64,000 nt of DNA from Octopus bimaculoides (lineage: Eukaryota): NCBI RefSeq assembly GCF_001194135.2, contig NC_068982.1, positions 41,909,398-41,973,397 of the forward strand. Reading direction: 5' to 3'. Positions 13,901 to 27,072 of this stretch are shown piece by piece. A program made the translations under genes and the position numbers. How positions within the stretch are numbered: position 1 is the first letter of the stretch; each line of letters starts with the position of its first letter. The notes under the pieces are model-generated. The model was not told the DNA's origin. It searched no databases and saw only the letters and a program-made list of their open reading frames with translations.

Positions 13901-16311
13901 ATAACATATGCATTAAGATGGCTTAATGGTTAGGTGTTCAGCTCACGATTGTAAGATTTTGAGTTCAATACCTGATGGTATGTTGTATCTTTGAGCAAGA
14001 CACTTCATTTTACGTTGCTCCAGTCCACTCAGCTGGTAAAAATGAGTAGTACCTGTGTGTCAAAGGGCCAGCCTTGTCACATTTTGTGTCACACTGAATC
14101 TCCCTGAGAACTATGTTAAGGATATGTGTGTCTGTGGAGTTCTCAGCCACTTGTACATTAACTTCCCAAGGAAGTTGTTCCATTGATTGAATCACCTGGA
14201 ACACTTGTCATTGTGACTGTTGGAGTGCCAGTATATATGCAATAAAAAAAGACAGAGAGAAGAGGGGGAATATATATATATAAGCACAGTAATGTGTAGA
14301 TTGTTAGCATAAATGATTGACATTATTATGGCTTATGCTTCTGGTGTTGTTATAGAGTTGATGTTGGCAAAGTATTAAATTAACTATAATTTGTATTCTC
14401 TCCCAGCGACTTCAGTGAAGACACACTACTTAGTGGTTAGGGTGTTGCACTCAAAATCACAAGATTGTGGCTTTGATTCCTGGGCCAGGTGGTGTGTTGC
14501 GTTCAGGAGCAAAATACTTCATTTCATGTTGCTCCAGTCTACTCAGCTGTAAAAAAGTAAATCCGGTTCAGGAGCAATGCTGTGATTTTGTTTACTTGTA
14601 GGCCATGGAGACTGAGTGGACTAGTCCTATGAGTCTTAGTACTGAAGACAGTAAAGTCATAGCAATTTTACTCATGCCTTCATTCCATACACATGTATTT
14701 CACAAACCTTAATTTAGACACTTACTATTGTGTGGCCTTTGTTCCAGTCATGACTGTCTTGTCTATTTTTTATTACGTGGTTATATTGTTCAACATATCC
14801 ATATTCCCCTTATTAAAGACAATAGGCTGTGGCTTGAAAGAAATTTGGCTGCTATTTCAAGTCAGTCAATCTCCCACATAAAGATCCCCTCATTGGCTCA
14901 TCTTAATAACAATAGATTGCTATTTTCAGCATTTCTGTATTATCACATTATTTATAGTACCCACATAGTTAATGACTAGAATGTTCTGGTGTACAGAGAT
15001 GGATTCAGTGAAAATAAATTCAAAGAAACAGCTATTACAAACCTAAAACCAACAAACCATACAAATGTAAGTCCCTTGTTATACAAATAACATATTGACA
15101 TCTGACCTATCTGCACAAACCTGTTGCATCTATAGGAAGATATTTTCATAAGCAACTGAAATCTGGTGAAGACTGATGATGTTCAAGATATGAAGAAATA
15201 ACATATACAACAACATATAACACTATTGCTCTTGATTACTACGTCTAATTTCACCTTCATTAACCTAATACTTGTTTCAAATTTGGCACAAGGCCAGCAA
15301 GTTTGGGGGAGGGGCTAAGTCAGTTAAATTGACTCTAGTGTTCAACTGGTACTTATTTTACTGACCCTGGCAGAATTTGAACTCAGAACATAAAGACGGA
15401 CGAAATGCTGCTAAGCATTTTGTCAGGCAATGGTAACAATTCTGTCAGCTCATTGCTTTCTTCATTAATCTAATACTGACAAAATGAGAAGAAACACCTT
15501 AAATGATGTAGTCAAACATGCAATATTCAAATTTACAATAATCAATATTAAAACATGTAATAATTGAATTAAGTTGCAAGTTATTCATATTTGAAACCTT
15601 CTGACACTGAACCAAAAATGATATCATCATCATCATCGTCGTTTAACGTCCGCTTTCCATGCTAGCATGGATTGGACGATTTGACTGAGGACTGGTGAAA
15701 CCAGATGGCTACACCAGGCTCCAATCTGATTTGGCAGAGTTTCTACGGCTGGATGCCCTTCCTAACGCCAACCACTCAGAAAGTGTAGTGGGTGCTTTTA
15801 CGTGTTACCAACAAAACTATCCAGTATATGGCTGTGTAGTCAAGACATTCAATTTTGCAATCACGTGGGTCTGGGTTCAGTCCTTGTTGCATAGCACCCA
15901 GGTAAGTATTTTTCTATTGAACCAAAACTTTGAATTGATCTTGATCTTGGAAGCCCATCAGATGATATGTATAAATTCTGAGTGGTAGACATAACCTTTA
16001 GCACATTACATTTTCTCTAGAATTGTTTCCCCTGCCACTGCCCTGAGCTACAGGGGAAATAACTTGCACAGCAACATGATGTGCCTACAATGTGTTAAAG
16101 GTTAATCTTTTACCCAGTTTCACCACCAGATCCTTGGTATGATGATTCACAACATATCACTGTCTGAAAGCTTCTATATAACTTTTAAAGTATTTTTTTA
16201 ATGTTTTTTTTCTGATGATCAGGTGATGTAATCTGCTTCAAGGTATATCCTAATATAACAGACATTGTCAATGAAATATGTGTAAAAGAATGTATTGAGT
16301 AAACATAAAAA

Positions 16312-16351
<40 letters not shown>

Positions 16352-16664
16352 CATACATACACACACAAAATTTATAGTTCATGGATTACATATATGAAAA
16401 TTGAGACTTAAAGAGGGATAAATATAATAGTACATATTTATTTATCAATACTTTACAATTGTACTAGTGTTTCAGGATTTCAGTATTTTCTCATATGTCA
16501 TTTTCTTTTGAGAAAATGCTAAAGTGCTGAAACATTTGTAAGTTTTACTGAGCCTCAAGCATTTGGTATTACTCAGGTATGTTCAAAAGTGCTGTCAGAT
16601 AATGTAGTATTTGTGTTAATGTGGGTCTTTGAATTGGCAACAATAAACAAAACAAATAAAGCTG

Positions 16665-16895
16665 CTTAACTCTCTTGTTACCATATTTCTGTTGACATAC
16701 ACTGTGTTTGTTTCGATTCATTTTGAAAATAAAGAAATATTTCATAGAAACTTTGTCATTGTCAAACTGGTGCTTGGAGCATACATTAACATGAAATTTT
16801 CCTGGAAGATTTTTAATTATGATTAATTAAAACAAGAAGTGTGTATCATAGAACCAGGAACAGTCTTAGGTGGGTTGGTATCACAAAGGTTAAAT
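16665..16895. mobile_element. Second TTAA-type MITE family; further copies at ~1335-1580 (-), ~13370-13565 and ~31030-31140 (partial)
   Basis: Shared internal text (AACTTTGTCATT...ATGAAATTTT...GGTTGGTATCA) ending in AAAGG(G)TTAA. Confidence 0.6.
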
Positions 16896-19800
16896 ATATA
16901 GCAGAGACATGAATGTAATAAGTGTAACTGAAGTTTCTTATTACAGAAAGATATAATAATAGAGCAAATTAACCAAAACCATACTGGTTCATCACTGTAT
17001 CCATGGCATAGCTAAAAGTGAAGATCTTGTTTAAGAACTTGCACCATTACTGTCCCTCTTCAAACAAGCAGCATTACTTTTGTATGAAAGATGCAATATA
17101 AAATTAGTTAATTCACTTTATAGTCAAGGATTTATTCAGATCTGCATAAAAGACATATGCACAAATGCACCCATCCATACACAAGCAATGTGTGTATAAA
17201 TAATTTTCAAAAGTCTTCAATGTGGTGTCCTAGCATGGCTGCAGTCTAATGAGTGAAACAAGTAAAAGATATAAGAATGGTTGGAAAAGTTCCTTTCTTT
17301 ACTAAGGGTATTAGGAGAAGCGTGAATAACAATCTTTTCTCAAAACTTTTAAAACAATGTGCAATTCAGAAATCAGTGCTGTACTTCTACACATTCTTCA
17401 AGGCTTTTCACTTTATCACAAAGTTTAATCTTTGTATAGACTTCATTTATATGTACATACATGTCTCATAACACAGAGGGGAACTACTAAAAAGGAGCAA
17501 GTCATTGTGAAAGGATTAACTGGCTTTTCACAAAAGAATTTGAACTCACCACAGGAAACAAGTAAACATGAGAGTTTTTACATGGTTGCTTGACCTTCTT
17601 GAAATAACAGCCAAATCTCCCTCAAATCACATACTACCGTCTTAAAAAAAGAGCACATTCAATAATGTAGTTCTTGATATACATTTTCTGGAGAAAATAT
17701 CACTCGCTGTAACCATCACAAATTAATACAAGCCCTCTTTTACATGAGAACCACAAATGAGCAATGACATTGAAGATATATACCATATTTCATGGCATCG
17801 AGGCCAGCCCCACTTCAAAGATACACCTTGAAACAAAAAAGAAAAACCTAATAAAACAAAGCTTAAGCACTTTCACATACTTTATTCAGATGCTCTGTAA
17901 GTGGATTAGTGATATATAGATCATGTTGATCACTTAGAGTCTACAATATTTTTCTTCTGTAATACAGTTTAACAAATATAACACCCTGAAGTTAAAACTG
18001 GTTTATGAAAAATGTAACCCTTGTCCTCCAGAATATATGGTAAATTTTCAAGAGATGCTTTAGGAATAAAACAGTGTCCTTGACACTGGGACATAAGCTA
18101 TTTTATCTTAGCCATGTTTGAAACATTAACCCTCAGTAGAACAGCTGATCCAACAATTTATAACATCTTATGAATTTCATTGCTATTTTCCTGAGAGAAT
18201 GAATAGCTAGGTCAATATCAATGTAATTTTAACCCAGTGAACTTAGCATTTGTTATTCATTAAACAAAGGAAAAAACCATATACAGTATACCACGTTTTA
18301 AATATAAACATATGTTCAGAACCTGTATCCTAAGTTAGCAGAGAAACAGAAATTTAAACCATTTGAAAGTTAAAAATAAATATACAAAGGTTGAAATCAA
18401 AGATCATTTACTTATGAAGTTAATTAAAAAGATAGCTAATCTATATAATTGTAGAACATTATACATAGATACATGCAGTTTTATATATATGATTCTCAAT
18501 GACATTATTATTCTTTATTACTTTAAAAGCTTCTTGCATGGTGCTTATTTTGACAAGGTTTGGTTGAAATGATTTGCCTCTTCTGTATTCTTGCTATTTT
18601 TCAGGTATAATGTATTTGGGGTGGAGAAGATCAGTCTCAGAAGATAAAACATTTTATTTTATAATGAATATATTTTGATAATTATAAAAGCGGCAGAATT
18701 TTAAAACTGTTTTAATCTGAATTGTTTGTATGGATTTATCATGTCAGTCGAATACTGAAGTGCAAGGTAATTAAATCTACACCATTTGGTAGCAAAACAC
18801 CTTATCAGTCAGTGAATGCCAAACTGCCTGTATCCACTAAGAGAGAGAGAGAGATAGAGGTAAGAAAGGAAATATGAACCTGCAATATATAAAGCAAGGT
18901 AAGCAGGTTGCAGTTAAGTGAGAATGAATAGCAATGAAAATGCTGTAAAATATTGTACGGGGAGGGCAGAACTGGACAGCTGCTTGAAAACGCATCAACA
19001 TCTAGGCAGTTGGATAACTCAACTGGCAGCACAGAAGTCATATCAACACGGTAAAGAGAGAAACGAGAGGGGTTCGGGGTATTTTACTAGACATATATGA
19101 CTATAAACATGGAAAAATTGAGTTCTGTTGCACAAGGCATCAACGAAAGAAATAAAAAAATTAAAAAATTCTATGGTAACATAAGGTTACTCTTAAACAG
19201 AATATCAATATTCTTAGTGAAAGCAATCAATCAATAACAACACCACATAGTACACATTCCGAGTAACTATCTATCTTTCATTCCAACCCCGCCATTCACG
19301 CATAGAAAGACAACTGTTAAAAGTTGAATGTTCAATTAAATAAGCGAAACCAAACAAAATATCGTGAACAACTCGAGCTTCATAATTACAATTCGGTACC
19401 GCATGTGAGGGAAACAGTTTCAGTATCTTACTGGTACCTACTTTGGTCGGAATTTGATGCCAAAATAAACAAAATATCGCACTTAGATGGCATAAAACGA
19501 GTCAAATGATTAGGTTCGCAACTACCGGAGGAAAGAAATCCACCGCTCTAATAAAAGCTAGTTCTACAATAAATAAATAAATAAAAAGAAAGAAACTGCA
19601 TTATAGTTTCTAGTCAATTCGATGTGGATATTGTGCGTGGAGAACTCCTCGCCGCCGCACACTACATGTGTGTGTGTGTGTGTAGTAACGATGATTACAA
19701 ACGGTTTCTTACATCTGTATTCATCCAGTTATTAGAAAAGGAGAACGGATAATGGTACGAACGAAGCCTTTAGGTATGGGTTTGTGATCCTAGCTGTCAC

Positions 19801-20017
19801 ATATACATAAATTCTATTCGGGTGTATTGAGTACGTTTATGTTTTAGTACGATGAAACAAATGACACACACACACACATATTGTGTATTTCTATTAAGCA
19901 GAAACCAAACAAGGAAATATAGACACAGAGAGAGGGAAGGAGAGATATGGAAAGAGAGAGTGAAAGTAATAGAGGGAACAGGCTTTTGAGCACGTGGAAT
20001 GGAATGAAAATGCTATT

Positions 20018-20052
<35 letters not shown>

Positions 20053-21200
20053 CCTTCGAGTAGCAGAAGGTAATAGAGACACGGCAAAAAATAAAAATGT
20101 TACTAGCAAGATTTGTTCGACAATGTTTCGCCACGGAAGCAGATGGTAGTGTATAGATTAAGAGGGAGAGAGAGAGAGGATTAAGAGGGAGAGAGAGAGA
20201 GCGAAAGAAATAAAAAGAGAAAAAGAACGTGATAGTAAAATGTAGAAAGAACAGTTGGCTGCAAAACATTCGCGCACATACAAACATATACATCGCTACT
20301 TTATACACAACCAGAAAAGAAGAAAGTATTGATATATTTGGAGATTTATGATCTATTTACCATATAAATTAGACTGCAAAGATAGTTACCATCTACAGAG
20401 TCGGGGGTTTCAAAGTATTTCATTATATAAACCAACACAAACAAAAACAACGTTCATTTAAGAACGTTTTAACATTGACACAAGACTACACATTTTCAGG
20501 TGAGGGGGAATGTGGCGGACTGAATCAACTCCAATATAAATAAGATCGATATTTTATTTTATCGATCCCAGATATATAAAACTCGAAGTCGACTTCGGTA
20601 AGATTTGAACGCAAAACACAGAGACAAAAACTAAAGAAAATGTATCATTTTGTCTTGATATTATACTGTTTCTGTATCCATGAGTAAAGTTTGGAAGAAC
20701 GAGTAAATATTTTCGATAGGAACCGAAGAGAAAAGAAAAAAAAAAAAAGATCAGTATTGTAATTCTTAAAAAAAAAAACCCCAAAAAACTTTCATGTATT
20801 TTCTAGTCACCGACAATCTATGATATAATGGGTTACAGAAAATATTACCACGATCATTAACCTCAGTATCACTTATCAAATAGCCCCACGTACATACATA
20901 TTGGAGTTCAAAAGTCACTGAAGGTTTTCGATATAAACTATGAAATACATTTCAAAATTTCTGTTATTATCAGTGGAAAATAACTTTTTAAATAACCAAT
21001 CATAAACTTATTACTTAAATTTATGTTTGATTATAAAAAAAGTTATGCGATTTATTATTTAGAAAGAAAAAAAAATCGAAGGTACTAATAAGGAGGCAAT
21101 AACTTTCCTATGAGAATTTTCTATTTATAACGGGATATATATATAAATATACACATACATATTTATATACAATTTTCAGTTCTTCATAAAAGTTAATTAC

Positions 21201-21289
21201 CTTTGTTTATGTTGCCAAGCGATACTTTCTCGGTGCCAAAAATCACTTCCATCAGAACCAGCTGGCCGGCTTCCAGTCATTGACGCCAT
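21201..21289 (-). CDS. JAGN1: Jagunal homolog 1, first coding exon (89 nt, MASMTGSRPAGSDGSDFWHRESIAWQHKQ + AG); downstream exon(s) not located in the window
   Basis: Manual minus-strand translation from ATG 21289 matches the jagunal N-terminal signature (human [30 protein letters not shown], recalled). It ends after 29 codons + 2 nt at donor AG|GTAATT, the position I recall for the human intron. Too short for the ORF track. Confidence 0.9.
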
Positions 21290-21430
21290 TTCAGCGTAAT
21301 ATAAAAAATTGTATTTTTTTTTTTCTCCTCTCGAAAATTGAGCCACGAAACTTGTTATAACATTGCTTTAGCAGATGAAAATGACTGACAATGTTAACAA
21401 AGGTTGGTGCCCAACGCATGCGTAGTGTTA
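21290..21430 (-). promoter_or_regulatory. Probable JAGN1 core promoter/5' UTR
   Basis: CpG-retaining sequence. YY1-like AAATGGCG overlaps the start codon. Perfect palindrome ACGCATGCGT (NRF1-like) at 21414-21423. Confidence 0.5.
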
Positions 21431-22149
21431 AATTTCCGCTTGCAATTGAACTAGAGTGAACTCCCTTGGTCCTTTATAACGTTAAGCTTTCCTGACATAT
21501 GTAACATCTCAACTTGGTAGATGGATACAGCTTACAGAATTGAAAAATAATGGTTATATTTAATCATGTCTTTTATATATTTTCATTGTAATATAAAAAA
21601 AAAAAAATCAAAAGTTGAAGGAGAGACTAAATTTACGACACCTCACGAAATCCCTTGTACGTATTTAGTTACGGCCTCTTCGTTCGTGGGTTTGACTTTG
21701 GTCGATGTCGGTAAATCATGGCCCTGTGAATTGTGAGGTTGATTTATTGAACTCAATTCCTTCTCATCAAGTTTATATTATTGTTCTAACGTAAGAAAAT
21801 GAAATATGAGTATTATATATATATATATATTTTGTAAATTTAAAAAATCGAAACAGTTTTAACAACGCAATCGCCTAGTAAATTTGCTTTCTCTCAAAAC
21901 ATTTTCAACATTAAATTTGCATTAAAAAAAAAATTCGTAATCGAGTTAATTTAATGTACAAATTACATATGCGCAAGTCTTTTAACAACATTTTTATTAA
22001 CAATCTACAGAAGAGAAAAATCAACAATAGGCAGGGCATCAATTTGAAAAGCATCGTCAAATTTAGGGAATCTATGAGTAACTATCTTGCATTTCCAATT
22101 TTAAAACTGACAAGTTGTATATTCCATTGTTACCCAGGTGTCTTTCAAG

Positions 22150-22870
22150 ATATCTAGAAAAACACTTTAAGTATCCTTCCCTCTACCCCATCCACCCATT
22201 TTCTCCGTCCACTATTCCTGGGAAGGTCGTTGGAGTTCAGTCTTCAAGCATCTCCTCCAAAGAGTCCTATCAGAAGCAACGGACATTACACTTTACGGCT
22301 GGATTCCCAAGCGTAACCAACTGAGACTGGATATTATCCATCCATCCATCTCGTTCTTGGTCTACCCCTAAGCCTCCTGTCGGTTGGCTCGGCTTGAAGA
22401 ATCTGCCTTGCGATTCTTTTCTGCTGCATTCGAATCACGTATCTGTAGCTACACCTCTCAATGCAAAGTTGGGATTCGATCTGGAGAAATTCCCTTATCT
22501 CTGAGCTATGCACCCTGTCTAGTAACATCACTCTATAGAAGCTTCGGAGGAACCCGATTTCAGCGGCTTGCATTCAGGGTTTCTTTCACAACCATCACTT
22601 TTAAATTTTAGTCTCTTTGACATGACAGTTTCTTTATCAAGATATATATTTGCATTACAGTTTCTTGTTGATCCTCTTTTTCATTCATGTTTTCCAATTA
22701 TTTATTCTACAACTTGGCTTTCTCATCCTACCGATCACCGTCTTGGCACTCTTAATTCCTTTATCGAGCCATTGCAATAGCATAATGAATGGATCAGTAG
22801 CCAATACAACAGGGTCTCCAAACTTACTACAAACTTTAAATCTTTGCTATATATACATTCATTAGTTGTA
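22150..22870 (-). mobile_element. RTE (Expander-like) LINE 3' fragment
   Basis: ORF 22334..22573 (QAAEIGFLR...RGRPRTRWMD) with (GGAT) repeats. Same family as the 43455-43900 copy. Confidence 0.8.
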
Positions 22871-23784
22871 GAATATCACTTAGTCTCTCTTACAATGAAT
22901 AATGTGTGACGATAACTGGACTACTTTTGTGTTTTAGTCAAGGAGGGGAGACAACGCCGATGATCTTAACAGACTGGTGAGCAAGACGTTATGTTTATCT
23001 TGCTCACAGATTGATGTCTGACAAATACGTGCAGTCCCACAGGGTTGAACTGTTGGGGGCAGTGAGACGCAGTCGAGATTATGCGGAGGCGGGCGAGACA
23101 ACGAATCGAGCAGTATGCAGTGTTCTAGTTTAGAGGGGCAGAAACTTATTTAATAACTATACTATGGAGTATATTGTGCGGTGGTGTTCTCATAATGTAT
23201 TACAGTAAAAATATTCCTAATCAGATACTAATATTTTGAGGATGCTGTCTAAAATGTTTGTGTAACAACTGCTTTGTCTTAGAATGAGAACAGTGCTTTA
23301 GTATGAGTTAAACTTATACATATCAGGCGATGGAAAGGTTTAAATTTCGAGAATCTGTTTTGCCTATAACATAGTATGTGGGCGCAATCCGAGCTTGTGA
23401 TATTTACTATTTGTAAAGATTATGAAGGTTTTTGTGAATTGTTTCGGAACATTCTGTGTAACTGAGACATTATCTGAAGGCTTTATTCAACACAAAACTG
23501 TGAGTAACAATATAACATGCCCAAAATCGCATACAGCGTACACACGACTACATTCATACGACAAAACTCAGCAAAACTTGTTGATCCTTGTGGTCGACTT
23601 CTATCATCATGACTTTACATGTAACGTTGGTCAATAAAGTGTGAAAGACGAATATAATCATCCTTTTATAATCGAATAGCTTATTTGATGGTATAAAGGA
23701 CGTTTGGGCGTAAGAGACGCTCTAAAATTTAATCAGCGTATATCTAAAAAAAATGGTTTTAGTGCATTAAAGCAGGTAATATTA

Positions 23785-23990
23785 AAGCTCGCAGAATCGT
23801 TAGCAAGCCGGGCAAATTGCTTGGCGGCATTTTGTCCGTCTTTACGTTCTGAGTTGAAATTCTGCCGAGGTCGACTTTGCCTTTCATTCCTCCGGGGTCG
23901 ATAAAATAAGTGCCAGTTGATCATTGGGTCGATGTAATCGTCTTAGGCCCTTCCCCGAAATTGCTAACCTTGTGTCAAATATTGAAACCA
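23785..23990 (+). mobile_element. SINE with a Meta-domain-like core. Other copies: ~12130-12335(-), 15270-15440(-), 20480-20620(-), 33525-33730, 41560-41760(-), 47440-47640(-), 61040-61240, 61260-61460
   Basis: Recurrent core GAGGTCGACTTTGCCTTTCAT.C.T.CGGGGTCGATAAAAT.AGT.CCAG. The similarity to the MetaSINE core is from memory. Confidence 0.75.
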
Positions 23991-26139
23991 GTATTTAAAG
24001 CGACTCTGCTTATAGGACACGGGGTCATTTTTTTTAGCACTTTTTCTTTTCTTTTTTTCTGTTTTTTTTTTTTTTTTTTTTAAGAAAGTGTATTTTATAT
24101 GCCATTGAATATGGTAAAAATTTAGTCCAGTATTCCTTCGTGTTAATAACAAAGAATTCACTGGTTCGATCTACGTAGTAAAGGATTTTCATAACATTCT
24201 CCCTTCCATGATGATATTTTCAGTTCATAAATCCAAGTGATTAAAAGGATGTTGGACCAATCTTAACTTCTCCAGAGCAGAAGTTGTTGGAAATTCATCT
24301 ATTATTGATGATTCTGCTTTATCTCCGAAGCCAGTACTGTTGTTGTCTTTAGTCAATCTGGCATCTCCATAAGTGTTTTGAGATAGTGTTAGTCTCATTC
24401 TTGGTAGCCGTTAGTGTTGGCACTCAATATGTATATAATACGCTGTAGTTTCTTTGCTGTCAGGCAAGTGAACAAGGGTAAAATGAGGGCTTGCTTGAAA
24501 GAACTCTTTTTCATCGACTAAAGGACCCACTTTGTTTATGCGAATATGATATTTAAGTAGATCAGGTCTAGGATTACAGAACCATGAAGGTACTGAGGTT
24601 TCTGTGGAAGAGCGATGAGAATAATTTAGAAGTCTCTTACAGGATAGCTTTTAGTTGTAATACGCAACAACGACTGGAGTGAGTAGGATAGTTGGTTGTT
24701 AGAATCCTTATATCATCGGACGAATGTCTTGCTCTTGTAATAACTGTTCCGTTATGAGTTCAAATTCTGCTGACATAAAGTACTTGGGTCGATATCATTG
24801 TCTGCCCATCATTTCCAGTATGCCACGGGCTTGCATGGTATACTATAACGCAAATCCTCACCGAATAGTGACACTCTACTTGGAGTACACTGCAGTTATA
24901 TTAATATTATTTATTTGTAACAGCTTACATCTGCTGAGGAAAGAAAAATGAATTGCTACAACGGTTTCGTTCCAACGAGACAAGGCAAGAGAGAGAGAGA
25001 AAGAGACAGAGGTGGTGGGGGAGATTAGAAAGAGTTGCGATAATATTGTTCTATTGCTCAATAAAACCTGTTGAAAACGATGAACAATTGTAACCTTCTG
25101 CACGACCCTCTCTACAATTTAATTTTGTTCCTGTCATCTCTTCATAGAGACAGCAGACTGAATTTGTCGTTCGATTTTATACCATCACCTAGCAATTGGG
25201 AACCATTCTGTTGCAAGCATTCGAACTCAATATTCAATCTTGGTAACTTGTTGTCCTTTCTACTGTAGCAACCCAGGAGTGGTGGTTCCTCACTCCGGCA
25301 GTCTCAAAGTCCCCCGAACAAAGTTATGAAAGTTGCTCGTCTTTCTTGACTAAGCCATGAAAATATTATTTGCACGATGTTTCCTTTAAATCAGTATTTC
25401 TCAATCATCTTTAACCTATGAACTCCTTTGATTCCTATTTTACTTGGATGTACCTTCATAGTCATTCAATGTTTAAAAAATCATATTATATTTTTATAAT
25501 TAAATATTATTAAGAATTTTATTAAAAAAAGTGTTAAAATAATTTGTGAACTGTAGACGTATACCAATTTATTGCACGTAAACTTTAGTAACAAAATCTT
25601 ACGTGGACCACAATTGAGAACCACTGTTTTAAATAATAATGGGCACAAGAAGGCGATTCCCCACTTGAAACTATGCAATGATGACAAACAAGTCCTTATC
25701 TCACAATAGCTCTAAGATCAGGAATGTATTGCGAGATGGTATCGATACTTTTTGCCATGTCTGAAAAGAACTGTCTTTATATTTATATTATTATTGTAAG
25801 TGATCCGCTACTCCACTTAGAATAGGCGTAAATACTGAAACATCTAATTTCCTTCTTCCGAAGACAACTTATTTCAATACTCTGGAAGAAGTAATTATAT
25901 CATCAAGGGAATGAGTTCACGATGCTACTTCAATTCACATCAAAAATGTATTTTATTTCTATATGAAGGATTTCTGGCATTGGTGTTTGGTCTTTTCTCA
26001 TCATAATGATGATCTTCGGTTAAAAATAAGCTTACTTTACTGTGCAGTCATGGCTGTTTGGTTAAGAATCTCGCTTTGGAATCATGTGGTTTCAAGTTCA
26101 GTCCCACAACGCGGCACCTTGGGCAAGTGTCTTCTATTA

Positions 26140-26415
26140 TAACTCCAGTTCGATTTTAACAGCTATTTTTTCAAAGCTATAATGGAAGTGACAAAGAACC
26201 ATATTCGCCATATTTTGCTTTATGAGTTCAATAAAGGCAACAATGCAACGGAAAGTGCGAGGAATATTAATACAGTATATGGGATCGGACAATATGCGTA
26301 AGCCAGTGTCAACGGTGGTTCCAGAAATTCCGAGCCGGAAACTACAGCCTAGAAGACGAGCCTCGTCCTGGAAGATCTGTAGAAAATCTTTTCTTATATC
26401 AACCAATAAAAAAGG
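26140..26415 (+). mobile_element. Mariner transposase 5' fragment (N-terminal HTH)
   Basis: From ATG 26182: MEVTKNHIRHILLYEFNKGNNATESARNINTVYG, then a frameshift, then CQRWFQKFRAGNYSLEDEPRPGRS. It abuts a truncated SINE head at 26040-26135. Confidence 0.88.
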
Positions 26416-26961
26416 AACTTATAAATTCTTATACTAAAAGATGCGATCTATTTTCCCTTCACTTTATCTATACACACCGAACCAAACGGATTAAAAAGAA
26501 AAATTACGTACGTGCTCGGTCAAATGGATTCTAGTGATATGAACAATATTGAAAGGTTTTGCAGTTGAAACTCTGTAAGCTTTCTATCAAGCATCGTCTT
26601 CTCAAGAACTGTCTGCGTTTATTTTGACAATCTAAAAACCCGTTCTCGCTCTAAGGGTTCTTATTTTATAGGACTGTCTCCATACCAAGTGGATAATTTT
26701 TTTTCTCACACATCTCTGCACACAAATTTAGTTAGCACACTCTTTTCTTCTTTGTTTATAAAATTGTTATAATGTATGTTGAACGCTTTAGCCATTTCCT
26801 TTGGTCTACTTAAAGAACAGAGTTTTTAAGAATAATTATCCCTGTTTGATCTGCGAGATCAAGTTTATGCTTCAATCCAACCTGCAAAGCCAAACGAGTT
26901 TTGACTTCCCTGACATAGAGGTAGTATCTGAAAGAGGAGGAGTGTTCAATCAATGAATCAG

Positions 26962-27040
26962 TCTGGGGCCCCAGCCAGGCTACCTATGAATATCTGACGG
27001 GGGCCCAGACAAGCTACCTATGAATATCTGACGGGGCCCT
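26962..27040. repeat. Short tandem duplication (~37-bp unit, ~2 copies) in a MITE-like fragment
   Basis: GCTACCTATGAATATCTGACGGGG(G)CCC occurs twice. Confidence 0.7.
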
Positions 27041-27072
27041 AGAAAAAAAAAATTAAAAAAACTTTTAATCTG

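Noticed and set aside
19844-20308. 154-aa minus-strand ORF
   Set aside because: Low-complexity translation of (GA)n/(CA)n runs with no jagunal or other recognisable motifs.
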